Source of the DNA: Schmidtea nova
Lineage: Eukaryota
Direction of reading: 5' to 3'
Length of the DNA: 64,000 nt
Assembly (NCBI GenBank): GCA_044892505.1
Contig: CM097883.1
Span: 445,408,001-445,472,000 of the forward strand
Shown here: positions 49,795-59,981 of the stretch, one piece after another
Layout of the letters: each line of letters starts with the position of its first letter
Numbering within the stretch: the first letter of the stretch is position 1
Program-made: the position numbers and the translations under genes
The notes under the pieces: generated by a model
The model's input: only the letters and a program-made list of their open reading frames with translations
The model's database searches: none
Told to the model about the DNA's origin: nothing

Positions 49795-51142
49795 CTAGGA
49801 ATAAAAATTATTATTTGGCCGTTCATTTGATGATTTTACAATAATAATAATAACAATAATAACAATAACAATAATAATAATAATGATTGAATAAAAGAAA
49901 AATGACCACATTTGTTTTAAAATATCATGCATGTACAGGTAGACGTTAAATGAAGTGACAAATTTTCTGGGATGTTTCTTTTTGGAATGATGGTCATCGT
50001 TGAATTGGTGCCATTTACTTTTCACGCAAATCACGAAATCTTTGTCGCATTGACATAAATCTTTCTTCTTTCTCGGTTGGCGGTCTAAAATGATAACTGC
50101 AAGTTGATCAGTGAGCTCAGTAGCAATTAAATTAAAAAATTGTCACTAATCATTTTTTGTTTAAATTTAATTTGTTCTCTTAGGTGGAAAGGAAATATTA
50201 GTAAATCCTAAAAAGAGAGTTTTTTGATACTTTATGAATGATCTTTGAACATTATAATATAGTTTTCCGTTGGAAATTGTTGACCCTTCAAATACCAAAT
50301 TGTTCTCAATTTTATTTTATTCATATTTTAATCTAACTAAAGTTCAAATATTTATTATAAAAGTTATTGATATATGACTTAATTTTTGTTTTTTATAAAT
50401 ATTTACTTACTACAAACAATGAATTTTTCAGTATCATACATTGTGAGTGTCCACTCATACTTTGTGAGGTAGGTTTTAGTGTCTCCATACTTCTCACTCC
50501 ATAAACCAAAACAACTGTCATGAATTTTACAACACCTAATNNNNNNNNNNNNNNNNNNNNNNNNNNNNNNNNNNNNNNNNNNNNNNNNNNNNNNNNNNNN
50601 NNNNNNNNNNNNNNNNNNNNNNNNNNNNNNNNNNNNNNNNNNNNNNNNNNNNNNNNNNNNNNNNNNNNNNNNNNNNNNNNNNNNNNNNNNNNNNNNNNNN
50701 NNNNNNNNNNNNNNNNNNNNNNNNNNNNNNNNNNNNNNNNNNNNNNNNNNNNNNNNNNNNNNNNNNNNNNNNNNNNNNNNNNNNNNNNNNNNNNNNNNNN
50801 NNNNNNNNNNNNNNNNNNNNNNNNNNNNNNNNNNNNNNNNNNNNNNNNNNNNNNNNNNNNNNNNNNNNNNNNNNNNNNNNNNNNNNNNNNNNNNNNNNNN
50901 NNNNNNNNNNNNNNNNNNNNNNNNNNNNNNNNNNNNNNNATCATATCTAAAAAATCTCACATGTCAATAGCATCAACGGGAGTTTCCCCATTATTTCCAG
51001 GCCCACAGTAATTACCGTACCCAACCAATTTGCCTGGATTGATATGGAGATATTTCATAAGCATATTATTCAACTCCAATAGCGATCCGTTGCATACGCA
51101 ATGACAAATTGAAATTATAAAAATACTAAAAAGAAATTTCAT
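49795..51142 (-). CDS. Secreted phospholipase A2 (group I/II/V/X-like fold), 3 exons: 51142-50961, 50535-50411, 50084 onward
   Basis: Signal peptide; Ca-loop YGNYCGPG..G.TPVDAID; catalytic CCKIHDSC; C-terminal LCQCDKDFVIC. Splice phases (2, then 1) join in frame. The 3' end is uncertain because it runs into an AAT repeat. Confidence 0.88.
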
Positions 51143-52684
51143 TACTTTTTAGTGCTTTATTGATCAGAAATTGTGCTTAAATCGAATTTGACAGCTTGAC
51201 GGTAGAATCGGAAAATCACGTGATTAAGAGTCATTTTATAGCCGGAAAATTTTTCCTAAAATTTTGAATTTGTTTTTTCGAAGATATGTTGGCAAAAATA
51301 ATTTTTTGATAGCATTTAGATTGTTAATTTTTAATTCTTTTGTTTTAATGGGCTAATATTTTTTTACTCAATGAGTTTAAGTAATATTGAGAGGTTCAAA
51401 TGTCTTTAAACTTTCGTTTTAAAACCATTAACTTGTTTAAATATAATTAATTGAAACTAAATGCCTCGAAAATACACGAATATATATGGGTGTTAGGGTA
51501 TGTCTGTCTTTTAACAAGTCTTTTACAGCTAATAGAGTGAGATGTCAGTCTGGGATTTGTTCCACGGTTTTAACTCCGGAGAAAATATATCTACAAAAGT
51601 GACTTGTATAATAAATCTTTTACTATTTAATGACACTGAGACGAGCTTTCTGGTGAACATTCTGATTAAAATTAATTCAAATTTAAGACTCTTCACTCCA
51701 GGAGTGAATCTATTAAATGACTAGCACGTGCAAAGATGTCACCAAGGGTACGAACGAAGCAAATTTAGGATTTTATTTCAACAGATTGTTATGCAAATAC
51801 TGAGATTTGTTTAAATAGCGTGGTATTATAATATGTAGAGAGCTCGCAAGAAGTAGATTTGAAATTCTACGAACCTAAAACACCAAGTACAGCTCAGTAG
51901 CAACAGAACACATGAAATAGTCAAGCAAAACATATCGAAAAATTAAAACGAACAAAAGCGCATTGAGTTTATACGTGAAAAACACATGTATAGCGTGAGA
52001 ACATCAATTATATAATAGAATAGCACACTAGAAAAAATAAACAGCTTTTCGGGAGGAAATTTTCAAGTTTTAGTGTAAAAATTCGGATAATATGAAAGAA
52101 AATTGTTTTAGTCAGAAATTATGATAAATATATTAAATTAGGAAAATCTTTGATCAAAATTTTAGATCAAAAATAAATTATTTAGAATTTATTTTAAAAT
52201 TTTATGCAAAAATAATAATTCAATTTTGCGTAAAATTATTGAAATTAATTTTCAAGAATCGGAAAATACTTTCTAGAACAATTTGTTTTAATACCTCAAC
52301 GAAAATGAAAATTTGAACAATTATATATACCGCCATCAAAATGGATTTAATCAATCAAAATTCAATTTCATTCAGAATTTGCAGAATTTTTGGAATTTTG
52401 TTGCTAAAAATTTGAAACGTTTTTAGTAGTGAAATTTTGAAAAGATAACTTTGCTTAAAATCGTTTGAGAAAATTCTCGGAAGGCGAACCCCTTGAAAAA
52501 TTTCTAGAAGTCGTATCCGAACCAAGTGGAGAAGCTATTTGAATATGTAAGAACTGTGACAATTTAGAATTAATTACTAATTAATTCTAAATCGATTTAT
52601 TCATCTTTAAACATTTTTGTTTAAATAAGCAGTTTTTGATAAAAATACATATTTTAAAAACGTGTTTAATTTATTGTCGTATCA

Positions 52685-55600
52685 ATGGCGTCACGAGCAA
52701 AAGAAAACGAAGCGGAGATACGAAAACTCGAATTAGAAGAAAAAAGACGACAAGATGAATTAGAAGAGAAAAGACGACAAGATGAATTAGAAGAGAAAAG
52801 ACGACAAGATGAATTAGAAGAGAAAAGACGATAAGATGAATTAAAAGAAAAAAGACGACAAGACGAATTAGAAGAAAAAAGACGACAAGATGAATTAAGA
52901 GAAAAAAGAAGACAAGAAGATTGAGAAGACAAGAAAGCCAAAACAGAAGAGAGGAAAAGACTAGACGAACTGGAAGACAGAAGACGACAAAACGAGATCG
53001 AGGAAAGACGACGCCAAGAAACATTTCAACTCGAATTGAAGAAGCTAGAGATCGAGGAAAAGAAATCATTGCCAACAAACAGAAGAGAGTCAAAGCTGTA
53101 TACAACAAAGCCCACAGATTCCAAAGCTGTTGCCATATAACTGTACAGAAAGGATCGAAGTCTACCTAGAAGGATTCGAGAGATGGGCGACAATTCAAGA
53201 AATCCCAAAGACAGAATGGTATTCTTTCATTCAACCCTGGAAGCCATGTTAAGACTATCGACAGAAAAATCAAGAAACTACGAGGCGATAAAAGGCACCA
53301 TTATGAAAAGATTCAACATATCCTCAGAAGAACACAGAAAAGCTTTCAGGTCCTCGCGAAAAGCTAATAACGAGAGTCATGCCGAATGGCTCAACCGATT
53401 GAACGTGGAGATCGAAACATGGTTTAAAGCAAGGGACGCAAAAGAGATACAGGACATCAAAAACCTTATCATAGAAGAACAGTTTATGCGAAACATAAAC
53501 GAACGGATCAGGACATGGCTTGAAGAAAGTGACAATTCAGACGTCCTAAAGATGGCGCTAGCGGCCGACAGATACGAAAGCGCACACAATTTCGAAGCTG
53601 ATACTTTGAAAACCCCACAATGGAGACCTAGGCAATTCCCAGACCCAAACAGAGGCACAAGACAATGTTACACATGCGGAAGTGCAGCACATCTAGCTAG
53701 AGAATGTCCAAAACGAAACGCAAATTCAGTCGAGCTGAAGCACGTGAGTATTCCTAACAAATATATATTCAGCAGGATCATAGCAGGCAAGCCAATAAAA
53801 ATGTTCAGAGATACGGGAGCGCCATCGACGGTTGTTCATCCGATGTTCGTAAAACAATCAGAATACGTAGACAAGACCGTGAACGTCGTGTTGGCCGACG
53901 GGAACTCAACCGAAACTCCAATCGCCAGATTAAATATCTCAATCGAGAATGTGCCGGTCACGATAGAAGCACTGATCATGAGTAGTAAACACGGAGTATT
54001 ACTAGGAAACGATTTAGACGAGTTTTGCAAGGCAATCACCAGATCCAACAATATATTCAGCGACGAGAATAGTAGCCGATAAAGGAGAACAAATACTAAA
54101 CCCAAACCCAAAGAACATATTCAACAACGATACACTCAACACACCAGATTACGAGAAATACGTGGAAGGAAGTAAAGGAAAAACAGTCCCCGAAGACGTT
54201 CAATCTATCTTTGACATAAATACGATCAATCTACACAAATCTCAACTGGATGACGAATCTCTCTACAAGTACTTCGACGAAGCAAACAAAGAAGGCCAAA
54301 GTACTAAACTGTCGATAGAAAATGGTATACTGATGTACACAGAAAACGCAACAAAAAAGCCTGTGATTCCCAAACAATATCGAGAAAAACTACTGAAAAT
54401 AGCCCACGAAATCCCACTATCAGGACATCTGGGAAATAAGAAGACCAGAGACAAGCTGAGAAAATTCTTCTTTTGGCCAAACATCATAGAAGACGTCCGA
54501 AGATGGTGCCAGAGCTGTCCACAGTGCCAGAAATCAAGACGAATAGAGAAAGCACATAGAGCACCCTTGATAAGAACCCCCACGATTGGCGAGCCTTTCT
54601 TCAGAGTCGGCATGGATATAGTGGGGACGCTAAATTTTTCAAACGATCGAAACAGATTTATTTTGACAATTATAGACCACGCAACCAGATACCCAGAGGC
54701 GATAGCGATACCGAATATGAAGGCAGAAACAGTCTCAAAAGCAATGTGTCATTTTTTCTGCCGAGTGGGTATTCCGTCCGAAATTCTAACAGACCAAGGA
54801 TCAAATTTCACCAGATCCTAGGAACAACGCACATCAAAACCTCCCCATATCACCCGCAAACTAACTCGATATGCGAAAGATTCAATGGAACACACGAGTC
54901 AATGCTCCGAAGATTGCTAGCCGATTCAAAAGGAAAGGATTGGGACATATACTTGCCATATCTCTGCTTTGCCTACAGGTCGAGTCCGCACGAGAATATC
55001 GGATTCAGCCCCTTCGAGCTACTGTACGGCCACCAGGTCCAAGGCCCTTATCGATGGTATATAGACAAATGCTGAATATTCCGGAAAGAGAAACATCAAT
55101 CAATACATTTGTACTCGATCTAACCGATAAAATAAACCAAGTAATGGAGATCAAACAACAAAGAGACGACGCCGCTAAAGAAACATCAAAGAAATGGTAT
55201 GACAAGCACACAAGAACCACAACCTTCGACATAAGTGAGGAAGTTCTCGTCCTCTTACCGACATCTTCGACAAAAATACTATCGGGATGGCACAGACCAT
55301 ACAGAATCGTCAACAAAATAAGTGATGTCAACTATATGGTAGACACCGGCCGAACTAGAAAACGATTGCGGACCTTTCACATAAACCTTTTACGGAAGTG
55401 GCACCGCCGACAAGAAGCAATCATACAAGCACTGATCGCCGACGAAGGCAGGACCGAAACCGAGACTGTTACAATAAACCCGGAAGCGAGCGTTGAGACC
55501 ATACAAATCGTTAAACAACTTGTCGACGAATACAGCACCGTGTTCTCTTCTCTACCAGGCCTGACTAACGAAGCAGAATTCAACATAAATCTCACGAACG

Positions 55601-56805
55601 AAACGCCAATCAATCAAAGACCATACCAGCTTCCGCATTCGCTTAGAGATAATATGAACAAAGAAATTCAAAGCCTACTCAAGCTAGGAATCATCGAAAA
55701 GTCAAATAGCCGATGGGCAAGTACAGCTCTTTTCGTAAAGAAAAATGATAAGCTGAGGTTAGTTCAGGACTATGGGAAGATAAACTCGGTCACAATATTC
55801 GATAGTTATCCGATGCCAGAAATTGAAAAGGTAATCGATTCAGTATGAAACGCGAAGATCATCAGCACGATAGACCTGACTAAAGGATACTATCAGATAC
55901 CGATAAAAGATAAAGACAGACCAAAAAGTGCGTTTACAGCACCATTCGGATTATTCCAATTCACAAGGATGAGTTTCGGATTCAAAAATGCTCCAGCTTG
56001 CTACTAAAGAATGATGGATAAACTATTCCAAAACGTATCAGGAACGTCAGTGTTCCTCGAGGATATCATTATCTACTCCTCAACAGTCGAGAAACATATC
56101 CAAATACTGCAGGCAGTTTTAGAGACCCTACAAAAAGCTAATCTAACCCTAAATCAAAAGAAATGCAAACTAATGATGTCGAAAACCGAGTTCCTAAGGA
56201 AACTAGTCGGAAACGGATAGGTGTCACCGATATCGGAAAAAATCGATGCAATCAAAATAGCATCCAGACGAGGATTTACGAAGGATTTACGAAGATTCCT
56301 CGGTATGATCAACTACTATCGAAGCCATATCAAAGACCTATCAAAGAAAACCGATTATCTGAACGAGAAACTAAAGAATGGAGCCTCAAACCGAATAAAA
56401 TGGGACAAACAAAGTGAAAAAGCCTTTAGTGACCTGAAGAGATCACTGACAGAAGCGACAGTACTCATAGCGGCAGACCACGAGAAGACATTTTACGTGC
56501 AAACCGACGCGTCCGACCGAGCCATAGGAGCCGTTTTATCCCAAATTATAGAGACAAAGGAACACCCGATTGCGTTCCGATCCAAGAAACTTTCGGAAAC
56601 CCAGATCCGATATTCAACAATCGAGAAAGAGCTGTACGCAATTAAATACGCACTGGAGCAATTCCGTTATTACCTATACGGTCTCAAATTCGTAATCCAA
56701 ACGGATCATAAGCCCCTAAAATGGCTCGTGGGTCTTAAAATCAGGAACATTAAAATCTCAAGATGGAGCCTCCTGCTCCAAGACTACGAATTCGAAATAC
56801 TGTAG
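52685..56805 (+). pseudogene. gag-pol with stops and frameshifts (CCHC knuckle, protease, integrase, RT, RNase H)
   Basis: CYTCGSAAHLAREC; FRDTGA; HEIPLSGHLG...CQSCPQC, GMDIVG, LTDQGSNF, ERFNGT; PINQRPY, DLTKGYYQI, MSFGFKNAP, VFLEDII; QTDASDRAIGAVLSQ, YSTIEKEL, TDHKPL. Confidence 0.93.
52686..52699 (+). promoter_or_regulatory. Primer-binding site, tRNA-Ser(CGA)-like
   Basis: TGGCGTCACGAGCA 1 nt after the LTR, complementary to a tRNA 3' end ...GTTCGTGACG-CCA with one G:U. Confidence 0.65.
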
Positions 56806-57240
56806 AAAAAGGGTACCGAGAACACAAACTCCGATTACCTCAGTCAACTTGATGAAACCCAAGCCGAGTATAGGGACGGATGTGACAATTTGGAATTAAA
56901 TACTAATTAATTCTAAATCGATTTATTCATCTTTAAACATTTTTGTTTAAATAAGCAGTTTTTGATAAAAATACATATTTTAAAAACGTGTTTAATTAAT
57001 TGTCGTAACAAGAACCATGAATTTTATGTTATGCAGGCTAGCAAATCATGCCATGTTACCCTGCCGTAGGTATTGTGATTTGATTTTTCCTTTTATTCAA
57101 GGTTTGATAAAGTGTTATCTTATGGTAAAATATGTAATGATTATTATAATTTTTCTATTCAAGTTTTAATTTTACTTTGATCATATTTTCTCACAACCCA
57201 ACATGCTTATATTGAAATTCATTTATTTATCATATACATA

Positions 57241-57250
<10 letters not shown>

Positions 57251-57279
<29 letters not shown>
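57251..57279. repeat. (TA)n microsatellite
   Basis: Direct observation. Confidence 0.9.
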
Positions 57280-57282
<3 letters not shown>

Positions 57283-58090
57283 GAATGTGATATTTTTGTG
57301 TTATTTTTATGATGATGGTTACTGTCATTTTGGTATGAGGTCGTAAGCACCGTCATTACTAGGTACGGCACCCTTACGGTCACCAGGCCCCCCCTTATTT
57401 TTTATAGTACTGAATTGCGTTACCATAATAAAAATAATAAAATAATTTGAATAAAATTTGAATTATTTTATTCAAATAGCTTACTATAGGAAAATATAGT
57501 AAGCTATGAAAACAGAAATTAAAAAAATTGATTTTTATTAAAATAATAATAAAGCTGAAAACTAGTTTGTATATCGTAAATTGTAAAGAAGCAAAGACTG
57601 GAAAAGAAAACAATATTTACTAGCAATCATAATAAGCCAAAAGTTGGCGAGGATCTTCCGTATTTTAATTAAAGAAATATTTAACCAAAGAACATCAATC
57701 CAACAATTCAACCAGACTAAAGAAAATATTATTTTATCGAATCTGAAAATATTAAAAGAAACTATATAAAAAACTTTCAGGCTAACTATCAAAAGATCGT
57801 ATTCCAGTAAATATATTTTCCCTGTGTTTACACACACACAAAAGTAACTTTTTCGTGGTTTTTTATTATCCTGTTTATTAGAATATATTTATTGTAAAAT
57901 TTAATTTTTATTCATTTTATAAAACTTATTTAATTCATTGCAAATACTTCCTTACAAACACAGGCACCCCAATTGTCCCCACAACAAGTTTTGGGAGACT
58001 CTTTTGGGTTCGTACAAATTCTCCTTAACAAACAACTGTTACTCCTTCACACATACAACTAACAAAAACCCAATTAGGACAGCGCATAGA

Positions 58091-58092
<2 letters not shown>

Positions 58093-58148
<56 letters not shown>
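58093..58148. repeat. (TA)n microsatellite
   Basis: Direct observation. Confidence 0.95.
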
Positions 58149-58153
<5 letters not shown>

Positions 58154-58349
58154 TAAAACTATTTCCATACGTCTGATGATGGTCCACATTGTTGTTGTAC
58201 CGTCATTAGTCGCTTTGGTGAATCATTAGTTCGCTGGAGTCCTTTCAGTGTTCTGATCCATTTTTTCATCGAAGTGACCGCAAACATCCAATCTCACTTC
58301 ATCTCATACCTGGCTATATGAGGAGCAGTGGACTTAATAAAAACAAACT

Positions 58350-58920
58350 AATTAAAATTAATTAATCGCTCAATGGGAAACCCGGGACAATGGGAAACCC
58401 GAGAGATGAGGAAAGCCCGAGCAAAGTAGAGACACGAGAGATCAAAGTCGAGAGATTGCGCAGGGCAATTAGGGAAAATCCACCCGAGCGCAATCACAAT
58501 AATTTGTTATTAAAACAATTAAGCCCTAGATTGGGTAACTTTGATTTATCAAAAAAATTTAATTGTTATTTGCGAGAGGTATAAAAGGCAGCGCATAGCA
58601 GAAGAAACGAAAAAAAGAGAAAAAAACGAACGGAGAGCCAACGAGCTGAGAGTTAAAACAGAGAGTATTAAATATTACGGAAAACTAACAAAGAGAGAGG
58701 TCTTGAAGAATCCAAGAGAGACAGAGCGAGGAAAATATTTTATCATAGAGAATCAAATCCGAATAGGAAAGAGAGCGCAAATTAGTCGAGAGTGTACGTA
58801 AAAGAAGTTTGTGTTGATCGCTAAATAAATTGTTCTGTGTTGGGTTCATTGATTTTGATAATTAAAGAATACGAGGAGTCAGGTCAGTAAACCTATCTTA
58901 AACAGAATAATAATCGAACA
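58350..58920 (+). mobile_element. LTR-like repeat related to 25874-26966
   Basis: Shared colinear blocks as listed for 25874-26966. Confidence 0.5.
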
Positions 58921-59070
58921 TTCTCATCTTAATTCTAATAATTATTTTATATATACACCTTTGAAATATAAAAATTAGAATTCAAAATTTATTATCACAT
59001 TATAAAAATTTGAAATTTTATTATTATATAACTATTATAAAATTATAAAAACACAAAATCGCCAAACAAT

Positions 59071-59109
59071 AGAAATATATTTCAAGGACATAGTCCTCAT
59101 CATCAGTCT
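59071..59109 (-). ncRNA. Hammerhead motif, inverted copy
   Basis: Reverse complement of 59943-59981. Confidence 0.65.
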
Positions 59110-59942
59110 GCCATCATAATCTAAATCAAATGTTATATACGGAAACAGTAATGACGTAATGGCTATGATTTTAATGAGTTAATTAAGCAATCTCAATAAA
59201 TTCGTTGCTGATTGAATTGATTTTTAGATCGTGGTCATTATCTTCTACTTTTGAAAAATCTAACAAAAGTATACATAAACTTGTTTCTCTTCTGAATAAA
59301 AATGGATATTCAAAGGCTTTTGTAGAAAGACTGACTAAGGAAACCATTGATCGGCTATTGATTGAGCCTGATGAAAGCATTGGAAATGGTAGTCCATCTA
59401 ATGATCGTGAACATTTAAAAACGCACGTTTTAGTAATTCCATATTCGGAAGGATTTAAAAATTTTAAGTGCTCTATAATGAAATCCTTAGGAAATTCTAA
59501 CATATTTAACATAGTGTCAAAGTCTTTAAAATCAGCAAATATGTTTAGTAATAAATCTTAAACCCCAATAGGTTTAGTTTCTGATCTAGTGTATAAGTTT
59601 TCTTGTAATGGGTGCAATGCCACATACATTGGAGAGACTTCCCGTCATCTCCGCACACGGGTTCAGGAACATAGCCGATTGAGAGGTGTGAGTAATATTA
59701 TTGAGCATAGAAAAATTTGTATAGGAGAAACTGATTTAAAAGATTTTAAAATTATATTAAAAAACTTTAATAATAAATGGGAAAGAATATTATGTGAGGC
59801 GTTGGTGATTAAATCACAATCCCCTACAATTAATATTCAATCAGCAACGAATTTATTGAGATTGTTTAATTAACTCATTAAAATCATAGCCATTACGTCA
59901 TTACTGTTTCCGTATATAACATTTGATTTAGATTATGATGGC

Positions 59943-59981
59943 AGACTGATGATGAGGACTATGTCCTTGAAATATATTTCT
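59943..59981 (+). ncRNA. Minimal type I hammerhead ribozyme motif in the pLTR
   Basis: AGA-CUGAUGA-U-GAGGAC-UAU-GUCCUU-GAA-AUAUAU-U-UCU: core, stem II, palindromic stem III, short stem I. Confidence 0.65.

Larger units (their letters stand above)
52555..57010 (+). mobile_element. Complete Gmr1-type Ty3/Gypsy LTR retrotransposon (4456 bp), inactivated
   Basis: 130-bp LTRs (52555-52684, 56881-57010; 4 mismatches by eye), TG...CA ends, 5-bp TSD AGAAC, PBS at 52686, PPT before 56881; domain order gag-PR-IN-RT-RH. Confidence 0.95.

Noticed and set aside
52666-53108. Antisense ORFs with SSCRLFSSN repeats; possible CRISPR-like array
   Set aside because: Reverse reading of the 27-nt Gag repeat; no unique spacers and the context is eukaryotic.
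58163-58180. CTGATGATGGTCC resembling a hammerhead start
   Set aside because: No closing stem II or GAAA downstream.
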